Virus record (IMG/VR): IMGVR_UViG_3300020221_001191
Source: an uncultured virus (IMG/VR IMGVR_UViG_3300020221_001191)
Taxonomy: Duplodnaviria > Heunggongvirae > Uroviricota > Caudoviricetes
Strand: one strand, 5' to 3'
DNA: 20,000 nucleotides
How positions within the stretch are numbered: the first letter of the stretch is position 1; each line of letters starts with the position of its first letter. Made by a program: the position numbers and the translations under genes. Below, one piece after another: positions 16,724-20,000 of this stretch. The notes below the pieces were generated by a model. That model saw only the letters and a list, made by a program, of their open reading frames with translations. It searched no databases and was not told where the DNA came from.

Positions 16724-18661
16724 TTATCTCAATTCTCTCAAATCGAATGTTCTAACACCATCCACGGTAATTCTCCCGTAGAATCTGTTGTTCACCATCT
16801 TCTTCGCGTATCTGGTCATAATACCTTTGATTGGCGTAAAGTTGAATGGGTTATACATTGTAGGTGTTAATTGTAGAGGAACATACGGTGCGTAAATGTA
16901 ACCTGTGTCTAATAATGAAGTTCCTTTGTGTCCGATCAAAACTTGGTTTGGTGGGAAGTAAGGATCACGATAAACTTGGTAACGTCCTGAAAGTGTACCT
17001 ACTCTTTCAATACCCATGTTGTATTGGTCTTGCTCAGGAGCCGCGTTAGATACGTGGAAGTATTCTAAATCGTCAAAGATAGCAGAAACCTCAGATGATA
17101 CAACAATCCAGTTAGCTCCACCTCTCAAAGTAGATTTGTGGATTTGTGCTGACAATTGGTTGATTGCAGTAATCATAGTTTGGTTCCAATCTTTCTGAGT
17201 ATAAGAAACTTGGTTGTTGATTCTTCTCCATCCGTTGTAGTCCCAACGTAACTGCCATGCCGCTCCTTTTCTCAAGTCACGTAAGATTTCACGGTCAATT
17301 TCAGCTGCAACTTGCTCTGATAACAAAGCCGTCAATTCGGCCTCAGCATCAATGTTGTGGAATGCAGCAACGTCTTGTGCTAACTCAGGTGACCACTGTG
17401 CTCTTAGTTTTCTTTCTGTAACAGATACAGTTACTGACTCAAGGTCAAAAGAAACCTCACCAATTTGATCTTCAAATTCCAAATTGGCATATCTTCTATA
17501 CCATGCGGTAAATGAAGATGCTGATGATCCTGATGAGATTGTTGTCCCTGTATATCCGTCTAACGAAGTCGCATCACAATCAGCACATACAGGACAAGAT
17601 AAATCAACCTCTAACCAAATACAACCATTTTCATCACAAATGTCATTATAGTTACCACCATTACCACCGTTAGATGGACTGTTTGGATAACCTGACGCAT
17701 TTGTGAACACAGTTGCTGCGTTGCTACCATATTTTACAATACCTTTACCATAGATTTGAGTTACAACTCTAAATAATAGAGGAGCGTAAACTGTGGATCC
17801 ATTATAAGTAGTTGTTGTTACACTACAAGGTGTTGTTGCTGCTGAGAAACCATTAGCCGCGTAAATTCTAAGGTCAGAAAGGAATGACTCAGTGTCCATT
17901 TCGTTACCATCAGGACCGATAAGTTTTCCAGCTCCTGAATTCATGAAACCACAAAGTTTAACGATAACTTTTCTATAGTTACCTGCTGGAATAATTTCAC
18001 CAGCACCAATGTTAGCGTTTACTAACTCAGAACCGGCCCATGCTTGAACTAACGTAGTTGCAGTGACCGCAGTCCACTTACCTTTAGAGTAGTCAAATAA
18101 TCCAGGAGGATCTAATGACGCTTCGTTGCCTTCGTAAAATAAATCGTAAAGATTTTTTTTGTAGTAGTAATCATTGGTAGGATATCCTTGGCTAGGATTG
18201 TTCAAATTGGCATTAACCGCTTCTGGTGAACCGATTGGTGCGTAATGATCACCACCCGCTGTTGCGTTAGATGGTGAGGAATTTGGATAAAGGTTTGCAT
18301 ACGTAGAACTAAGATTTTGATATCCTTGAATACGTGGTACAAAGTAGAACAATTTACCAATAGGTAAATTCATTGCTTGTACTGATACGATGTCGTTAGC
18401 TAACAATTTAGAAAATACACGTCTTACAATCGGGAAAACAACTGTTTCGAATGCTCCATTTGAAGTTCCGTCAGAAGTTGCTTCGTTGATTAAAAAAGAT
18501 GCTTGATTTTCGTATAATTGTGCTACGTTTTCTTTTAGGTGACCTCTTAGGCCATCTAAAAAACCTAATTTGTCCCATTTGTTAATTGTGTCTTCTTTGA
18601 TAACTTTAAGGTGTTTTAACCCGATGTTACCAACAAGACCTGATTCTAATAAAGCTCCCAT
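16724..18661 (-). CDS. gp23: Major capsid protein (T4 gp23 family)
   Basis: LYENQ, FPIVRRVFSKLLANDIVSVQAMNLPIGKLFY, RKLRAQWSPELAQDVAAFHNIDAEAELTALLSEQVAAEIDREIL, RGGANWIVVS, GTLSGRYQVYRDPY, GYIYAPYVPL, FTPIKGIMTRYA. Confidence 0.97.
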   Translation of the reverse strand: MGALLESGLVGNIGLKHLKVIKEDTINKWDKLGFLDGLRGHLKENVAQLYENQASFLINEATSDGTSNGAFETVVFPIVRRVFSKLLANDIVSVQAMNLPIGKLFYFVPRIQGYQNLSSTYANLYPNSSPSNATAGGDHYAPIGSPEAVNANLNNPSQGYPTNDYYYKKNLYDLFYEGNEASLDPPGLFDYSKGKWTAVTATTLVQAWAGSELVNANIGAGEIIPAGNYRKVIVKLCGFMNSGAGKLIGPDGNEMDTESFLSDLRIYAANGFSAATTPCSVTTTTYNGSTVYAPLLFRVVTQIYGKGIVKYGSNAATVFTNASGYPNSPSNGGNGGNYNDICDENGCIWLEVDLSCPVCADCDATSLDGYTGTTISSGSSASSFTAWYRRYANLEFEDQIGEVSFDLESVTVSVTERKLRAQWSPELAQDVAAFHNIDAEAELTALLSEQVAAEIDREILRDLRKGAAWQLRWDYNGWRRINNQVSYTQKDWNQTMITAINQLSAQIHKSTLRGGANWIVVSSEVSAIFDDLEYFHVSNAAPEQDQYNMGIERVGTLSGRYQVYRDPYFPPNQVLIGHKGTSLLDTGYIYAPYVPLQLTPTMYNPFNFTPIKGIMTRYAKKMVNNRFYGRITVDGVRTFDLRELR

Positions 18662-18690
18662 TTTTTTTATTTTATTTTTTAGTTTATTTT

Positions 18691-20000
18691 TTATTTTATT
18701 TTTAACATCAAATCCTTCATTCTTAAAAATTGAGGATTCTCATACGTTTTTGACTCAATTAAGTTTACTTTTGAACCTGTTTCAACAGATTTATTTACAG
18801 TTCTTTCAATTGATTCGGTTAATTTTTGTTCTGAACCTGAACTTACTGAAGATGACAATTCATTTTTAATAGTTCGGTAAAGATTTTTAGATTCTTTCAA
18901 AGATTCAACATTATCAAATCTTCTTAGAATATTTATTTTTTCTTGTTTAGTTGTTGAGTGTTCAGTGAACAAACGAGTTGCATAAGCTAAATTTGAATTA
19001 AAAACCGCAACTTCATTGATTTTGGTTCTGAAAACGTCTAAAGCTTTTTTATACTCGTTATTTTTTTCTTTTAACATTTCAACTTCTTCATTTATTCTTG
19101 TGTGCGGTCTTACTCTGATTTCTTTTCTGTTAACATTTTGATCAGAACCTTTTCTGTTTCCAACTTTATTGGCTCTGGTGTAACTATTAGTTCGTACGGC
19201 TTCTTTAGTTTCCATTTTTCTAACATTCTTGAAATCACCATTCGTTTCGTCCTTATATTCAAATTTTGCTTTACCTGTTCCCATGGCTTTAGTTCCTTTT
19301 CCAAAAGCTTCTTTTCTTTTTTCATTAAACCCTCCGCTCATGTTAGGTTTTTTACCATATGCAAATTTAGGACCACGACCAATACCGACACCTTTATTTT
19401 TGATTGATTTTTTGGTTTTTTCAACGGCTTCAGCGATTGCATTTTCTAAGTCATCTCCTTCGAATTCATAAACTTTTTCTTCACTTCCGTAACCATCTTC
19501 TTCTTCAAGACCAATTCCGCCCATCATAGCACCTTTTGCGGCACCAGCCCAAGACCAACCTTCATTATATTCATGTTCAGGCTCGCTATCTATATCTTCG
19601 CCCAATTTATAATCGGATTCGTCATATATGTTCTTACCAAACTTGCTTGAAGTGTCCCCATCCATTTCTATTTCATATATTACTTCATTCATTTTTCTTT
19701 CTGATTCTCTTAGTCGTATCATATATTCGTTATCACCGTCTTCAAGGTGTAACATTTCACCTTCTTTTTTTATAACGATTCCATCATCATCTCCCATTGC
19801 TTTGAAAACTTTTAAGACTTCAGCGTCAGAAGCTCCTCTCATATCGATAGTTTCTCCTTCATCATCCATTTCCATGTCTTCATCATCCATTTCCATGTCT
19901 TCATCATCCATTTCCATGTCTTCATCATCCATTTCCATGTCTTCATCATCCATTTCCATGTCTTCATCATCCATTTCCTTGTCTTCATCATCCATTTTTT
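18691..20000 (-). CDS. Prohead core/scaffolding protein (gp22-like), 5'-truncated by the window
   Basis: Immediately upstream of the capsid gene. Highly acidic low-complexity N-part with many (L/I/M)xE sites, and a C-terminal coiled coil (EEVEMLKEKNNEYKKAL...INEVAVFNSNLAY...ILRRFD...LKESKNLY). Frame open to the window edge. Confidence 0.75.
   Translation of the reverse strand, partial: KMDDEDKEMDDEDMEMDDEDMEMDDEDMEMDDEDMEMDDEDMEMDDEGETIDMRGASDAEVLKVFKAMGDDDGIVIKKEGEMLHLEDGDNEYMIRLRESERKMNEVIYEIEMDGDTSSKFGKNIYDESDYKLGEDIDSEPEHEYNEGWSWAGAAKGAMMGGIGLEEEDGYGSEEKVYEFEGDDLENAIAEAVEKTKKSIKNKGVGIGRGPKFAYGKKPNMSGGFNEKRKEAFGKGTKAMGTGKAKFEYKDETNGDFKNVRKMETKEAVRTNSYTRANKVGNRKGSDQNVNRKEIRVRPHTRINEEVEMLKEKNNEYKKALDVFRTKINEVAVFNSNLAYATRLFTEHSTTKQEKINILRRFDNVESLKESKNLYRTIKNELSSSVSSGSEQKLTESIERTVNKSVETGSKVNLIESKTYENPQFLRMKDLMLKIK
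19857..19997. repeat. 21-bp coding tandem repeat (about 6.7 copies) encoding MDDEDME
   Basis: CTTCATCATCCATTTCCATGT x5 perfect from 19857, one copy with a single substitution (M to K) and a partial copy. Confidence 0.95.

Noticed and set aside
17470..18330. Intein or intron in the capsid gene to explain its length
   Set aside because: No intein C/S...HN-C/S/T splice motifs or LAGLIDADG blocks were seen and the frame is uninterrupted. The extra sequence sits at the insertion-domain position.
19857..19997. Tandem repeat considered as a CRISPR array
   Set aside because: The units are contiguous with no spacers, are a multiple of 3 and lie in frame within a coding sequence.
1..20000. Stop-codon reassignment as seen in some large phages
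   Set aside because: Genes are full length and densely packed under code 11. TAA, TGA and at least one TAG (14949-14951) act as plausible stops.

Overview
AT-rich, densely coded 20-kb segment of a large T4-like tailed phage (Caudoviricetes). It carries a gp23-type major capsid protein, a gp22-like scaffold, a gp5/VgrG-like spike, a gp55-like sigma factor and PhoH. Left part (+ strand, 1-7.6 kb): a tightly coupled nucleotide-sugar and glycosylation cassette with a DegT/perosamine-synthase-type aminotransferase, a GDPD-like protein, a GNAT-Gmd fusion, Fcl, a TagD-like cytidylyltransferase, PhoH, a HAD-like protein and two glycosyltransferases. Middle (+): the sigma-like gene followed by probable virion/baseplate genes. 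Right (mostly - strand): the scaffold with a 21-bp tandem repeat, the major capsid gene, a terminator, an HNH endonuclease and small probable head-internal proteins. Highlights: (1) two convergent genes share an MKNLNxIIxKVxxE leader and appear to carry the two halves of one viral domain, and one of them repeats the capsid's probable maturation site (IxE-ATSD); (2) the GNAT-Gmd fusion sits in a possible virion-glycosylation pathway; (3) an ATATTTAT motif recurs just upstream of late genes that lack Shine-Dalgarno sites, suggesting a Bacteroidota host. All family calls come from motif recognition by eye; no database searches were run.
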